Positions 40,067 through 52,340 of a DNA stretch of 64,000 nt are shown here, in pieces. The notes beneath the pieces were generated by a model, which saw only the letters and a list, made by a program, of their open reading frames with translations, made no database searches and was not told the DNA's origin. Position 1 is the first letter of the stretch, and each line of letters opens with the position of its first letter. The position numbers and the translations under genes were made by a program. This stretch comes from Paecilomyces variotii (taxonomy: Eukaryota), in the NCBI GenBank assembly GCA_004022145.1, contig RCNU01000007.1; one strand, 5' to 3'.

Positions 40067-41881
40067 CCTTCCAAGAGCCGTGATGGCCCAGGGAAGCCAT
40101 GGCTATGGAGTCACAGGGACATTTATGCTTTGAAGAGACATATAGATCCATACGAGCATCCATGACCTCACGAGTTACTAAAAGAAGACGATCTTGCCTG
40201 TTCAGCTCTACTCCTCAACTATGTCCTCGTGGGGTGACGAAGAGAAGACATCAAGGTTGACTTTGCTAAACCGTTTTTTGATCCCACGGGAGTGCAGGCG
40301 TATCTTTTGGAAAAAGATCATCTCTATCATCATCAGGACCAAGGCAATTAGCCATAAACCAATGTTCAGTGGTGATTTCATTGTGCGTTGTGAAGAATGT
40401 AATCCGAAAACGATGAGAATGCGGAGTGTGCCTGGTAGTGGTTTGGAATGTAGATGGAGTCCTCCCTGTCGATCACTAATGATCAGCAGCTCATTTGCGC
40501 TCAAGTTATCTCTAACAGCAAGAGAAAAAGCTTGAGTCCCAATGGTAAGAGTTTATCTCTGTCATTGCCCAGGTATTAAGACTCTGCCGGTCCTGATCCA
40601 GGGGTACACGATTGTGTAAAGGCGGCACGGGGCGGACGGGGAGTACCGAAACCAGTCATGGCCTCCCTTGGAGCCTATCGCCAAGGAATCTCCGGGATTC
40701 CCGCTGAGTACTATAATATAATACGTGAGGACGAGATAGATGATGCGAGTTGAACAGGAAAGTCACGTTCAGAGTCGAAGTATCTGCTTTAGTGGTTGAG
40801 AGTTCGTGCTTGTAGATCTAGGATGTCATTGGTATTATTCTCAAACAGCATAAGAAGTTCTCAATAGCATCGGTCCGAATGACGACTGACCTGTTTCTCA
40901 TGATCACGAGTACTATTCATAACAAAGGTTGACGAGCAGATGGTGTAAAGGTAGGACGAATCATGGCAACTTCACGGCTTTGCGTACTCAACTCTGGAAT
41001 ATCTGAGGATGATCAGCGACATTCATACTATTTTTGTGGCGTCAAGTGATGAATGCAGTTCGTCTTACTCAACGGTTACAACGTTCGAAGCTTGTCTAAC
41101 GTCTCGTCCATCTCCCAGACTACTGTCTGCAGTCGGGAGACCCACTGGGCCTCTTGTTCGATGTATGGCGTTATCAGCGTTTTTCAGCCCTCCTCTCATA
41201 GAGCTGCGAGAACCTCGTGGAGATCAGGGGTAAATACCTGCATGCGGCAGACCTTTCGAGCCAAGACTTGGACATGATGGAAACACGCAGCGGGAACGGC
41301 AGCCGGGTGAAGCCGCCGGCCGGGGCGCCAGACACGTTGCCCTGTTATTGCTACGACTATCATTTCAGACGTCCAAAAGCGGGCATCTTAGGGACTGGCC
41401 TGGGAGGCGCATCTACTAGGACAGTTTCCTGCTCCAAGGACAATGAAATATATCTGGCATCAATTCACCTCTTCGTAAATACTATTAAGTAACTCTCTAG
41501 CCGAGAACAGGAAATATTGACCCGTGATATTAAAAGTTCCCGCCCAAGAGTTCATCCGAATTGCGCCCCGTAAACAATTTACCGACACTCAAAACACAAA
41601 AAAGCGGAAATGCTTTTATCTTCGTAGCAAAAACACCGGAGTAGGAGAGCTTAGTCCTGGGTAGCGGTAGCCCAGAGCCATAATCGGATCCTCATGTCCA
41701 TAGGACGAGAGAAATTGTAAAGAGAAACTGTAAGCAAGCGGGGAAGTTCACATGATGGTCGTCATCAACGCAGAACGCCAATCGTAACCACCACAATAAA
41801 AGGACACCGTCTTCATATCCGCGTGTCTAATCTGAAAGTGTAAGATAAATCGGAAAGACTGCAGAGACTTTAGTCTCGAGA

Positions 41882-44800
41882 TCACGAGGTCTGCTGGACC
41901 TCCTGGCTCTCGTCGGGGACACAGCCCTCTTCTTCCTGACTGATGCTTCCATAGCCAGTGTCATTGCTGCTTAAGCTTTGGCTGCGACTGCGTTTTGCCT
42001 CTTGCCGCCCCAGAGCGTAATCTTCACACTCCTGGCGGGACATTCTGCGATGCTTGGCAGCTCTCCGCTTCTTTCGCTCTTCTCTGCGGACATTGCGGAG
42101 CTTCTCGCTTTGACTCGTTAGCTGGCCATGTATGTCAACGCCCACACTCTCGCAGACGGCAGCACACTCTGCCTCCACGATCTCAATGATGCCAGAAGTG
42201 AACCCGTAGAAAGCAGGATTGTAGGCATGTCGAGCCCAGTACACGAGATCGGATGCGACGCGGCCAAATTGCGGGGCAGTCTTCCCAGAACTCGATCGTC
42301 TGCGTGAACTTGGTGGCTCATCATCCGCCTCATCATCAGCGGATGAGGCATTCGATGGAGCCCTAGAAGACGACGAAGATGGTGCTGAGGACGATCCGGA
42401 GTCAGAAGAAGAAGGCGAGAGGAGATCTTGATCAGTAGCGACGACATGGAGTATATGATAGATGGCGGCGAAACCCAAAATGGTCAGCTCAACAGGGTCT
42501 ATAGGAAGCTGGTTAAACCATGTCACCGCTTTGTGCAGTGTCAGGGAAGTTGGCAGCGCAGTATCATCGGTAGCCCTGGCCTTAAAGATAGCGGCAATCA
42601 TAGCACAACGAACGGCAATCGAAATCTCTTCCCTTACGGAAACGGGTATAGAAGAGTCCAGGAAATTCGAGGCCTGACGTTGTCTATCTCTGGGCGATGG
42701 GAGAGCTGCGAGGACCGCACCAATATTCTGGATCCTGTCTTCTTCGAAGAAGACAGCTTTCATAACCAAGGCTCGTGTGTAGGCTGCGGAGGGTCGGGGA
42801 GCAATGTTGACGGCCATGCTGATCTTCTTGTAAAGAAGATCACGGCTCTTCTTAGCTGAAGGACCAGCTGAGCTAGCTTCGAAAGATCTCAGCAGGGCAC
42901 GCTGTAGGATGTGGCTAGACCACCAAGCCGCCAGAGAGTCCAGGGCAGATTGAATTGCCGGGTCTTCGACCACAACGTCGAGCAAAGCTTCATCATCGTC
43001 GGCCGCTTCTTGGGTAGGCCGGTTCCAGGTGAGGTTGGCGGCGCGCTGCACGATTGGGTCGATCATCACGTCTTCGCAGTCAACCTGTAGCAATGCGGCT
43101 AAATGACTTGGCAGCGCATCCGGGTGATCCTTGGGCAGCCGCTTGTTCATTATCCGGGCCATCTGCCATTGGTAATTCGCCAGGTATCGAGCAACATCGT
43201 TGGTCACTTTGAACGTGTACGTACCCGGGTCTCCAACCCTCCAGAGCAGGATGCGGCAGTGCAGTGCCTTGAGCATCATCCTGAGAGGGCTCCGTGGCAA
43301 GGTACCGGCGGCAAAGATTGTGAGGACCAGGCGGCTCTTGCTGATTTCTGGATCTCCACCAGCTAGTTGAGCGTCGATGGCGATATCCCATGTCTTCACA
43401 CGGCCCTTCTCGTCCTCTTCAGTGATGCCAGTGATGTGGGAGTACAACTTCCAGCCGAGAAGGCATCGTAGGCAATATTCAAAACATCGCGAGGTAACTG
43501 CGAACCATTCCAGGAAGAATCGGTGGCGGGGCACTCCCACTTGCTGGATGCTTGTTAGCCATGCCTGCTGCCGGAAGTTGAACGGAGATGAGGCATCTGA
43601 GTTAGTGGCTGAGGCAGTCTTGAAAAGATTGCGTGGTCGCCTTGGGCGAGAATTGAACAGATAGAGGAAGACGAAAAAGGCACAGCCAACGACAAACGTT
43701 GCCGTCAGAAGAAAGTGAAGGATGGCCCTGACATGCCACGAATTCAAAGACGAGCTCAGCAGTGCGTGAATGTATCGAACTGAGGAAAAATCCAGTTGGT
43801 TCCAAAGACCCATCGGTACTGCCAGCAGACCTTTCTCAGTCGACTCGGTCTTTTTCTCGGGGCTCATCGTCTCCAAGACCATAAGACCAGCTAGAGCACC
43901 GACCATGTACTTGTTGGGAAACACGGAGCGCCTGCGCCCATCCCCGCCGTATTCGTTTCCTTGATTGCGGTATTGTATGTAAGACTCGGCGTAGTGACCC
44001 TGTTGTGCCGACGAGGCTCTCATCTTCTTGATGTAGTCCGGGACCTTGATGAGTCCCTCCGGAGGGTTGAGTGAACTGGAGGGCGTCTCATGCGAGATTT
44101 CCTCTGTGTGTGAGAACACGCTGGGGGATGATCCCGAGCCTGATTCCGTTGACACGGTGCAATTGCTGGGTGAGGACGCAGACGCTACCGAGGTGACGCT
44201 CTGGTCCAAAGCTTTGTCGAGCTGCCGCAGACGGGTCTTCAGGGCCATGTTTTCTTCGTCCAGGCGCTTGTTCCGCAGCTCTAGATGATGGATATACTCC
44301 GTGGCCTTCGAAAGGATGGAAGCTTTGTTCAGCTTGTTTGCCGGCGTCACTCCCTCCGCGTCGTCATCGTCGGGGGAGTTGCCGTGAGACTGTTTCGACA
44401 GCACCCGTAGACTGGGAACGCTGTCTCTTAATTCAGCAATCTTCTCGTTGAGATTGGCACGATATCGCTTCTCGATCACATTGTGGGATCGCTTCTTGGA
44501 GGGCATCTTCTTGCTCTCCTGGGCGTGGTCATCCACCGTGGAGCCGTCTTCATCGCTCGTCGACTTGCGCTTCCGGTTTGCGGGAACGCTATCAGGTGGC
44601 GACATACTCATCGACGACTGCTTCTCGAATCCTAGAGGCTGGCCATAGTTGGAGGTAATGGAGGGCATCCGACCCCGGGGCGCACCCAAGACGGGTTCGA
44701 ACGGGCGATCCAGAGAACTGAAAGCCGTCCCCGGCGAGAAATCAGCCGCCGCCGTACTGCCCTGAGAGTTGACCCGTGAAGCTGACGACATGGAAGACAG

Positions 44801-45013
44801 ATCAAAGGTTGGATTGGGGTTCGAGGACTCATTCACGTGATCCGGTAGGTGGTTGAAGGTCTGGTCATCCCACCTCATCCATTGACTCCAGTCCTGGTCG
44901 AAATCCTCTCTGATCGAGTCGAGAAAGGCCATGTCTGCCGACTGCGATTCTCGTTTCATGGTCTGTCGTGCGGATGGGTTGCGCACCCCATCCATACCTG
45001 GCATGGGCATCAT
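41882..45013 (-). CDS. srbA: Sterol regulatory element-binding protein (SREBP; bHLH-ZIP + TM + DUF2014)
   Basis: SHNVIEKRYRANLN has the SREBP-diagnostic Tyr in the basic region; KASILSKATEYI helix 2 and zipper; hydrophobic segments; AWLTSIQ and WDIAIDAQLAGGD C-terminal domain. First ATG is at 45013 (the ORF-track start at 45055 is GTG). Confidence 0.93.
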   Translation of the reverse strand: MMPMPGMDGVRNPSARQTMKRESQSADMAFLDSIREDFDQDWSQWMRWDDQTFNHLPDHVNESSNPNPTFDLSSMSSASRVNSQGSTAAADFSPGTAFSSLDRPFEPVLGAPRGRMPSITSNYGQPLGFEKQSSMSMSPPDSVPANRKRKSTSDEDGSTVDDHAQESKKMPSKKRSHNVIEKRYRANLNEKIAELRDSVPSLRVLSKQSHGNSPDDDDAEGVTPANKLNKASILSKATEYIHHLELRNKRLDEENMALKTRLRQLDKALDQSVTSVASASSPSNCTVSTESGSGSSPSVFSHTEEISHETPSSSLNPPEGLIKVPDYIKKMRASSAQQGHYAESYIQYRNQGNEYGGDGRRRSVFPNKYMVGALAGLMVLETMSPEKKTESTEKGLLAVPMGLWNQLDFSSVRYIHALLSSSLNSWHVRAILHFLLTATFVVGCAFFVFLYLFNSRPRRPRNLFKTASATNSDASSPFNFRQQAWLTSIQQVGVPRHRFFLEWFAVTSRCFEYCLRCLLGWKLYSHITGITEEDEKGRVKTWDIAIDAQLAGGDPEISKSRLVLTIFAAGTLPRSPLRMMLKALHCRILLWRVGDPGTYTFKVTNDVARYLANYQWQMARIMNKRLPKDHPDALPSHLAALLQVDCEDVMIDPIVQRAANLTWNRPTQEAADDDEALLDVVVEDPAIQSALDSLAAWWSSHILQRALLRSFEASSAGPSAKKSRDLLYKKISMAVNIAPRPSAAYTRALVMKAVFFEEDRIQNIGAVLAALPSPRDRQRQASNFLDSSIPVSVREEISIAVRCAMIAAIFKARATDDTALPTSLTLHKAVTWFNQLPIDPVELTILGFAAIYHILHVVATDQDLLSPSSSDSGSSSAPSSSSSRAPSNASSADDEADDEPPSSRRRSSSGKTAPQFGRVASDLVYWARHAYNPAFYGFTSGIIEIVEAECAAVCESVGVDIHGQLTSQSEKLRNVRREERKKRRAAKHRRMSRQECEDYALGRQEAKRSRSQSLSSNDTGYGSISQEEEGCVPDESQEVQQTS

Positions 45014-45760
45014 CGGACGTGGCTGCCTGAGGCGGTGATGTTTTTGGTCGACCACGACTCAGCGACACATCCGTGGAGTTCGATTAGTTCGTTGACCTGC
45101 ACAGTTCAGTCGACTGACATATGGGCGCCGCAATTTGCTTGTTTGCCACGTCAACAATGGCTTCAGTGACTTGTCGAAGACGAAGATAGCCCTTGAACTT
45201 GAGAGATCCGGCTGCCTGGATGCAATGCCTGACGTGACCAGGGGAAGTTGATTGATCTAACGACTCCGGTCGGGGACGTCCACGCTGAAGTACGACGATC
45301 GGAAGGCGACCCGCCGAGACAGCAGGTCACTAACTTGATTGGGATTGGGGGGTTGATCGCGTCCAGGTGTTCTTTTGACCGTTCGACTGTTGCTGACAAC
45401 GGGCGGTGGCCAGAAAGAATGGCGTGGTCAATGAAGAAGGAGGCTGTTGTTGGTGGCTGCTGAGCACAACTGGAATGATATAAAAGCAGTCTCCAGGAGG
45501 GATGGCAGCGGCAATGAATGATCTGTTGGTGCCGGATGCTTCCCGATCAGGCACAGGTAGATTGGATCCCGTGTCTACGCGTTGAGAGCAGGATGTCTAG
45601 AAGACGTCTCAAAAGGTGTTGTGGATACAGAGACGACCATAATAATGCAGAGAAGGAAAGGAAAGCCACGGCGTCCTCCGCTGTCCAGGGAGAGAACTGC
45701 GAACTAACAAATTAACCTGTCATTGTCTTTTCTTTCCCTTCTTTGACGTTCTTCTTTTTT

Positions 45761-45770
45761 ATCGTATGAT
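45761..45770 (-). promoter_or_regulatory. Putative sterol regulatory element ATCATACGAT in the srbA promoter
   Basis: + strand ATCGTATGAT, about 750 bp upstream of srbA; matches the Aspergillus SrbA site as I recall it. Confidence 0.6.
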
Positions 45771-48079
45771 CGCGGGTGTTGGTGCTCCGGCTGGCCCTTA
45801 GCGAGCCTGTATCCAAATCGGTATCTGTATTACCGTCCCTCTCCCACGGTTATCCCCCGCAAAGTGAAGGTTGATGTGCGGGCGATCCTGCCAACGGCCA
45901 TGCAGACCCGTTTTATTACCGTACCGGCCTTTACCATGTTACCATGTCGATGTGTCCCAGGCAAGTCGAATCGACCTGGATGGCTCGAGACCCCGTGATG
46001 TTTCGGCGGCCAACGACTCGCCAGTTCGATTTGCACAAGCTCGTCCAGCCCGAAACACTCGTCAGCCAGAGCAAACCTCCTTGCTGACGTTCATCACATC
46101 GCTCACTGGCTGTCGACGCTATCTGAAGAGCTGCAGGTGAGCAAGGAGTCGAGATGGAGGTAAGCGCATGCTTGGTATCCAGCATCAAACTGTCCCTCTC
46201 ACAAGTCCATCCGAGTGTTTGCCGATCAGCCACCAGCGGCACCACCGTTTTTAGAGGGCCAACGGTCGTTCTGGGCCTTGATAGACCGCTTTCTGACTGC
46301 ATTCTTCTCGAAAATATAATCCCGGCTTTGTCCCTTTGATATTCTTGTCAACGCAGGTATCGTGCCTTTTAAGCAGCCATATAATCTAGCCCAACAGTCT
46401 ACCTCGACAGTCTAAGTACGTCTAGAGACCATCGAGGAGACCACCATGATAGTTCTTTCCTACGATCTCTTTAATTGTCGCAAGAAGCATCTCTAACCAT
46501 AGCGGCTCTTGTCACCGTCGAGGGTGGACTCTCGGATGTATTGAACACGACTCCCCGCGATCATAAGATGCCTGCTCCTGTCACATCCACATCCATGTCG
46601 TCGGGCGGCTCCGTCATGCAGTCCGTCTCGGGCGAGACTGTTCACTAACGCTCGATCTGGCAGATATTTGACATTGACACCCATTGTCTGCAAGGACCCC
46701 AGTGGTTCTCCTAACCTCGACAGATCCTGCCCCAGGATAGATATTCAATCCATGTTCACTGCCACGCTTGTTGTGGACCGGCCACGAGCATAAATCGATC
46801 CACCGTTGCCCTCCCTTGCTCCATATGGGTGTTTCTTTTCCTCGAAGTCGCTGCCCAAGTAGTAGTATTGCCATTACCAGTACGGAGAGACAGTCATCAT
46901 CATTGCCGACTATACTTCCCGCCGCGGGGCATGACTGTTCCACATTATCTGGAGTGCAGACCACTCCATGACGGTCAAAAGGTCATAAGAGACTCTGGCC
47001 TATACCTGATAGATCATAGAACAGATATTATTCACCTGTCATGTCTGCTGCCTAATTTGGCAACTGGTTCCGAGACGCTGACGGCCACTGGAATGCAAAT
47101 ATTATTGCTCAAGCATTATTATTATTATCTCCATACAGGATGATACAATAACTGCAAAAAATATTCCAATATGGTCCTGAGATTGTCTCTTGGCAGCTGT
47201 GTGCGACACACTATGGAGTCTCTAACTGAATTGCGGGTCCTGCAGATACATCCGCTGTCACTCCGTAAATACCGTCGATACTAATAACTAAATGCCATTA
47301 TGATCTAGACTACTACATAGGCACATGTTTCTTCGGTAAAAGCCCGGACCCTCCGTTCTCATTCGGGATCTCTCCCGTCGGCTCGTCTGTACGCACATGA
47401 TACCGAATGATGTCGGGAAATTTGTCCCGCTATTGAGCCTTCAAAGTCAAAGTTTACTAGGCCACTTCGTTACCATTTTTATAGCTAGAATGAATTGACT
47501 CTTCCTCTTCTAACTTTACCATCATGCTGACGATTACTGATTTCACTAACTATTGAGTGTTTGGATCCCGGTTTACTCCGACACATGCGAAGGGTTTAGC
47601 CCTACTAAGTACGCAGGGTTTGATCCGGACTCAGAGACATCAGTCGACGGGTCTTTCATATTAGCTTTATGGAAAGCCATGCATTGTCATCGCACTGTAA
47701 ATAAAATGTAAAAACATTCACGAGACAATTAGAATATACAGTACATACCTATTAAGCGGTACTGGAATATATATTAACGAACAACAAATATGAGGAATGA
47801 CAGCTGAGATCATGGTGTCAATGTGTATTTGTATTTTGATAGCCAACACGTATTGGGACACATATATATATAGATGATAAACAGCTACCAAGAAACATGT
47901 GTAGATTCAGCATCAACTAGTTAATAAAATCAACCGATTTCAGAGCTCTTCTTCATACCTTCTCAAGAACCCATAGTCCTCTTCCCAACTTATAAAAGTT
48001 GTTTAACCTACAACCTCAATATGCACAGCATTCTCTTCTTTCTCCTTCGCTCCAACTTTAAAAACTCAGATTGATATTC

Positions 48080-49795
48080 TCCCCTCTCTTCATCGCACGC
48101 TGCGGCTCCCTCGTCTTCGTAACAGCGACATATCCTCGCTTATGAAACACAAATCCACCATCTCCAGCGTGAAACCAGCTGTAGAATACACCAGCTGAAC
48201 ACAGCTAAGATTAAAGACGCCGAAGATAAGGAACAGCTTCCAGGGGATATTAATAATGTCGGTTAGGACGACTTCAGTAATGACGAAGCAGAAGAGCCAG
48301 AGCGTTGCGGTTTCGAGGCCTGTTCCTTAGATCGGTATTCGAGCGGGAGGATCTCGGGGTTGTAGGTATTGTAAATATATGTAGTTGTTAGCACTATAGT
48401 CACTTGTATCTCATTTTTCGCAAGAGTGAAAAGAAAGGGGGATGGAAACGTACCCAGACTCCGCCCATGTAAGAGGCCTGATACGCGAATATCATAATCC
48501 CAGCAACGATGCGGGACGCATATGTATCAACAGCAGGCATAAATAGCAGCCAGGATGAACATGATGGCCATGCCCGTTGCAGAGAGCTTGAACGGCATCG
48601 TTGACCCCCGAGCTCAATTAAGAACCAGGATCCTGAAAGACGCGACCGGAAAGAAACAAGACTTGAAGGAAGCCAGACATCAACAGTGCCAGATGTCTGG
48701 ATATTGCGATCGAGGTTTCGACTCTTTGGATTCTTTAGTTCACACTTATCGTACGATATTCGTGGTGGCGTGTCACGGGACTGGACTTTACGTGTAGTAA
48801 CTAAGTCGTGTAGTAACTATTTAGACTAATCGATGTACTGCCGCTGAGATCCTGTCTGAGACTGACCACACACGCCGTGGCTACTCTTCGTCGCACTTGA
48901 TATGGTCTTTCTTGAACAGATCTCGCCATCCCTTTTGCGCTGTTTTCTCCAATTCACTCGCCTGCTGAACCGGAGCGGCATCAGCAGAAATCACAGATAG
49001 CTCTACATGAAAGTCTACTTAGTTTCTGAAGAATATCAGAAGCCTCTTCGTCGCGTTCCTTCATCAGTAACCACCTTGGTGCTAACGCAAATAATTAGCA
49101 AGTTCCAGGACTACTTTTCCCCTTTCGTTTCTTCGTATGGGATAGACAAGCATTCCAGAATGAAGAAAAGCATCGTGCTCGACACGAGAGCAAGAAAAGC
49201 TTGAAAGGGCATCGAGAGCTTCCAGGAGAATGAAGAAGACGTGTAGGTACTTGTCCATATTCGAGTCAAGACGCAATAATCTGACCCAGAACGAAGAAAG
49301 CTCAATGAACACGCACCAACATCCCGCGGACTATAGGGGCGGCGTTTCAGACTGCTAGATGATAGTATTGCTGGTGATCAGACCCATCTTATCCCAGCCA
49401 CGATGCGACCTACGAGTAACTGAGCAACACTAACTGGAACATTGGAAGATGGACCGATGCACATGGGAACGGTAAAGTAGTGAGCCATGGGTCATCTTGA
49501 TACGTCCTTGTCGCTGCGGATGTGGTTAGAGACCCATGAAACATCCCAGGATAAAGACGGCTGTTATTGTTTTTTTGCATACTGATCGAGGTCGAATGTG
49601 TTTACAAAGCTGGGTGCTGTTAGGATCGATCCCATAACGCCATCGTCATGTCCTGTCAGAAAAGATTAGGTTCGTATATTCATATTTTGCTTGGTTAAGT
49701 CGTGATACTGAATAAAATGAATGCTGTGCCACTGCTGACCGTTATGCCGACCAGAAGGCTTTTGCCTGTCAACCTAGATACGGCCTTCTACTATA
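48080..49795 (-). pseudogene. Near full-length MFS sugar porter pseudogene
   Basis: Collinear fragments in shifting frames: LTGKSLLVGITVSSGTAFILF, GHDDGVMG, LGCFMG, QLLVGRIVAG, I*QSE, RGMLV, AS*LEYG, SWKLSMPFQ, WRDLFKKD, YNPEILPLEYR, TAGFTLE; stops at 49355-49357 and 49266-49268. Confidence 0.85.
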
Positions 49796-49830
49796 ATTTC
49801 TAGATAATCAACTCCTTCTGTATCTACAGA

Positions 49831-51124
49831 TTACTGCGCACTAGTCAGTCTGCCATTGACCGCTGTCAGAATCACATAGAGCGTTTCCACCGTTGGTATA
49901 TCCATGCCAAGTTCTCGAGCTTTCTTCACAGGCGTTCCCAAAATAACATCCACTTCCATCGGCCTCCCATTCTTATAGTCCGTCTGCATGCTACTTCCGA
50001 TTCCCGGCATAGCCATGATCTTATCGATGAGCGTATCTACAAGAGAATGCTCGATCGGAACGCCTAATCTTCGCGCTACGTCAATGACCTCTGTCATCAG
50101 ACGTCGCGTCAGAGGTAATGCATCAGGCGATGAACCCAGCCATGACTTGGTGTCGAGAAGGGTCAGAGTAGTGAGAGTATTCCAGGCTGCATTCCATACT
50201 ACCTTTTCCCACCGCTGGACTTGGATGTTGGGGACAACTTGGAACACCGTCTTTCCGTGCGTTAGCAAGCTAGCAAATTCGTCCAACCGTCGTTTCTCGA
50301 GGTCTGGATCAAGGTTTTTATTCGGGAAGAGTCCCATCTGCATGTCCTCGGACTTTGTGTGCGCCACAATTCCAGGTGAGGTTTGTGTCGCTCCAACCCA
50401 GGTCTGCATTGTATAGTATTAATTAGAATTATCACGAACAGAGACATGGAGTAAAAACTTACAACGCAGGATAGGATTGTGCATTTTGGAAATGCTTCTC
50501 GGAATGCGTCTTCATTTCCAACCTTTAATGACGTTAGAAATATCCCTAATAGCTCTCTCTCTTAAACACTAACCCCATTTTGAATAATGACAATTGTTGT
50601 CTTTGACGTGTCCACAGCCGAAACCAACTGTTTCGGTACATGATCCTGCTGAATAGCTTTGTGGCAGCAGACGATATAGTCGAAAGACTGTCCTGCCTCT
50701 GCCGCGTTTTTCACAACTGAGAAAATGAATCAGCAGATCAAGATTTCCATATGATATATAGGATCCCAAACCTTTACAGGGACGAACCACATGCTCCCCA
50801 TGATTCTGACTCTTGATAACTATCCCCTGATAAATCAATTAGTTATATACACTCAAAGCGTCACCGAATACACTAGGTAGCTTGAGGTTAAACTCCATAC
50901 ATTCATCTTAACAGCATCATAATTCGACCTAGCGACGACCGTCAGCCGGACATTTTGCGACCGGCTCAAGATGAATGCGTAGAAGGAGCCGATTCTATTT
51001 TAAGAAGTAAGTAGGTAAGCACTTGATCATGGTATTTTCGTCTTCTAGGAAACGCAAATAGTTAGACCCCGCTTACTTACGCCCCAAGTCCGTAGAGTAA
51101 TACATCCACCGTTTTGGTCGTCAT
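49831..51124 (-). CDS. 2-dehydropantoate 2-reductase (ketopantoate reductase, PanE/ApbA family), multi-exon
   Basis: VLLYGLGA|IG Rossmann start, VVARSNY, IIQNGV|GNE, RWEKVVWNAAWN and SSMQTD...MEVDVILG motifs. Confidence 0.9.
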
Positions 51125-52340
51125 AATGGTGAGGTTGGGCTTATAGTTTTGATCTATCTACTGCGATTATTCTTGGCTGTTTGTGTGAAAATAAATTGCA
51201 GCGTCGTGAGTAATACACGTCCCATGGGGATAAGTACTGTAATGGACAAACCCCCGCACATTTCTCCGGATTTAACCAAGTACCTACGTAGGGCAGCTCG
51301 GAGAAATACCGAAATCTGAGGTCCGCTACTTAAGCCACGGAGCGAGATCATTCCATAAGCATAGCATTAATGATATGAGTACGTATGAATATACCGTTGC
51401 GAGGTAATTTTCCCACACCAAAATCTACCGTCTTGTCTATTGGTCCAAGTATGTATGTACAAGGGCTTATTTCCTAAGCAGTACTGGTAGGTAGCATGTG
51501 AAGCTCTATCGCACAAGGAGTTCAATAGTGCATCTAGCTTGTCATGTATGACAAAGTCTACGATGTGACAAACCTTTCGAACGGAAACCCGGGAGGTATA
51601 TACAAAGGTTCTTCTACAAGCAGCCGGACGTAATTCAACACCGGATTTTGAATCTGTACATACATAAATGCAAAGTCGTACTTGTTAATATCATCGCAAA
51701 CAGCGCGCAGGCTCCTATGCTGACGCTTGCTGGAGATTCGAAAGTACGTGCACACCATAGCTCATTAGAGGTCAGATACAAATATTCGTCGACGGCGGCA
51801 TTTGTCAAGGCACAGATACTATCCTCAAGGCACTTGCATTAGCTAAGGCGAGCCAGAATGAATGTACATGTCGATGTCAGTAATATTGTAAACGATAATA
51901 ATAAATTTTGGAAGAACATGTAATATAGCTAGTAGTTACTAATGGCTGTTGGGTTGCAAAGGAATCCCTGTCGTGATAAGCCAAAATGACTTTAACTACA
52001 GTAGTAGCTCCAAAGCTTTGTGCGGGGAATCAAGCCTGCATTAGTTACCCCGGTTCTTTGGCCACATCGCAAGGACCGGATTGTAGTTAAGTTAATAAGC
52101 GGACAGCGGCAGTCCAGGAATACAAAGGTGCACATGCTAATACTATCTATGATTGATGGAAGAATATCATTCGCATCCCCCCACGATCATCCTGTACGGT
52201 CGTAACTTACCTCGAGTGAATCATCATACAGCCTGCAGTTGCAGTTGCAGTTGCAGTAGCAGCAGTAGTAATGATAATAAGCATCGATTCCGACCCGATC
52301 TGTAATGGTTGTAGAATGGTCGTAATGGCAGTCTAATCCC

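Noticed and set aside
40190..41500. ORFs between the ferric reductase and srbA
   Set aside because: No recognisable motifs and mostly non-ATG starts; likely non-coding or relic
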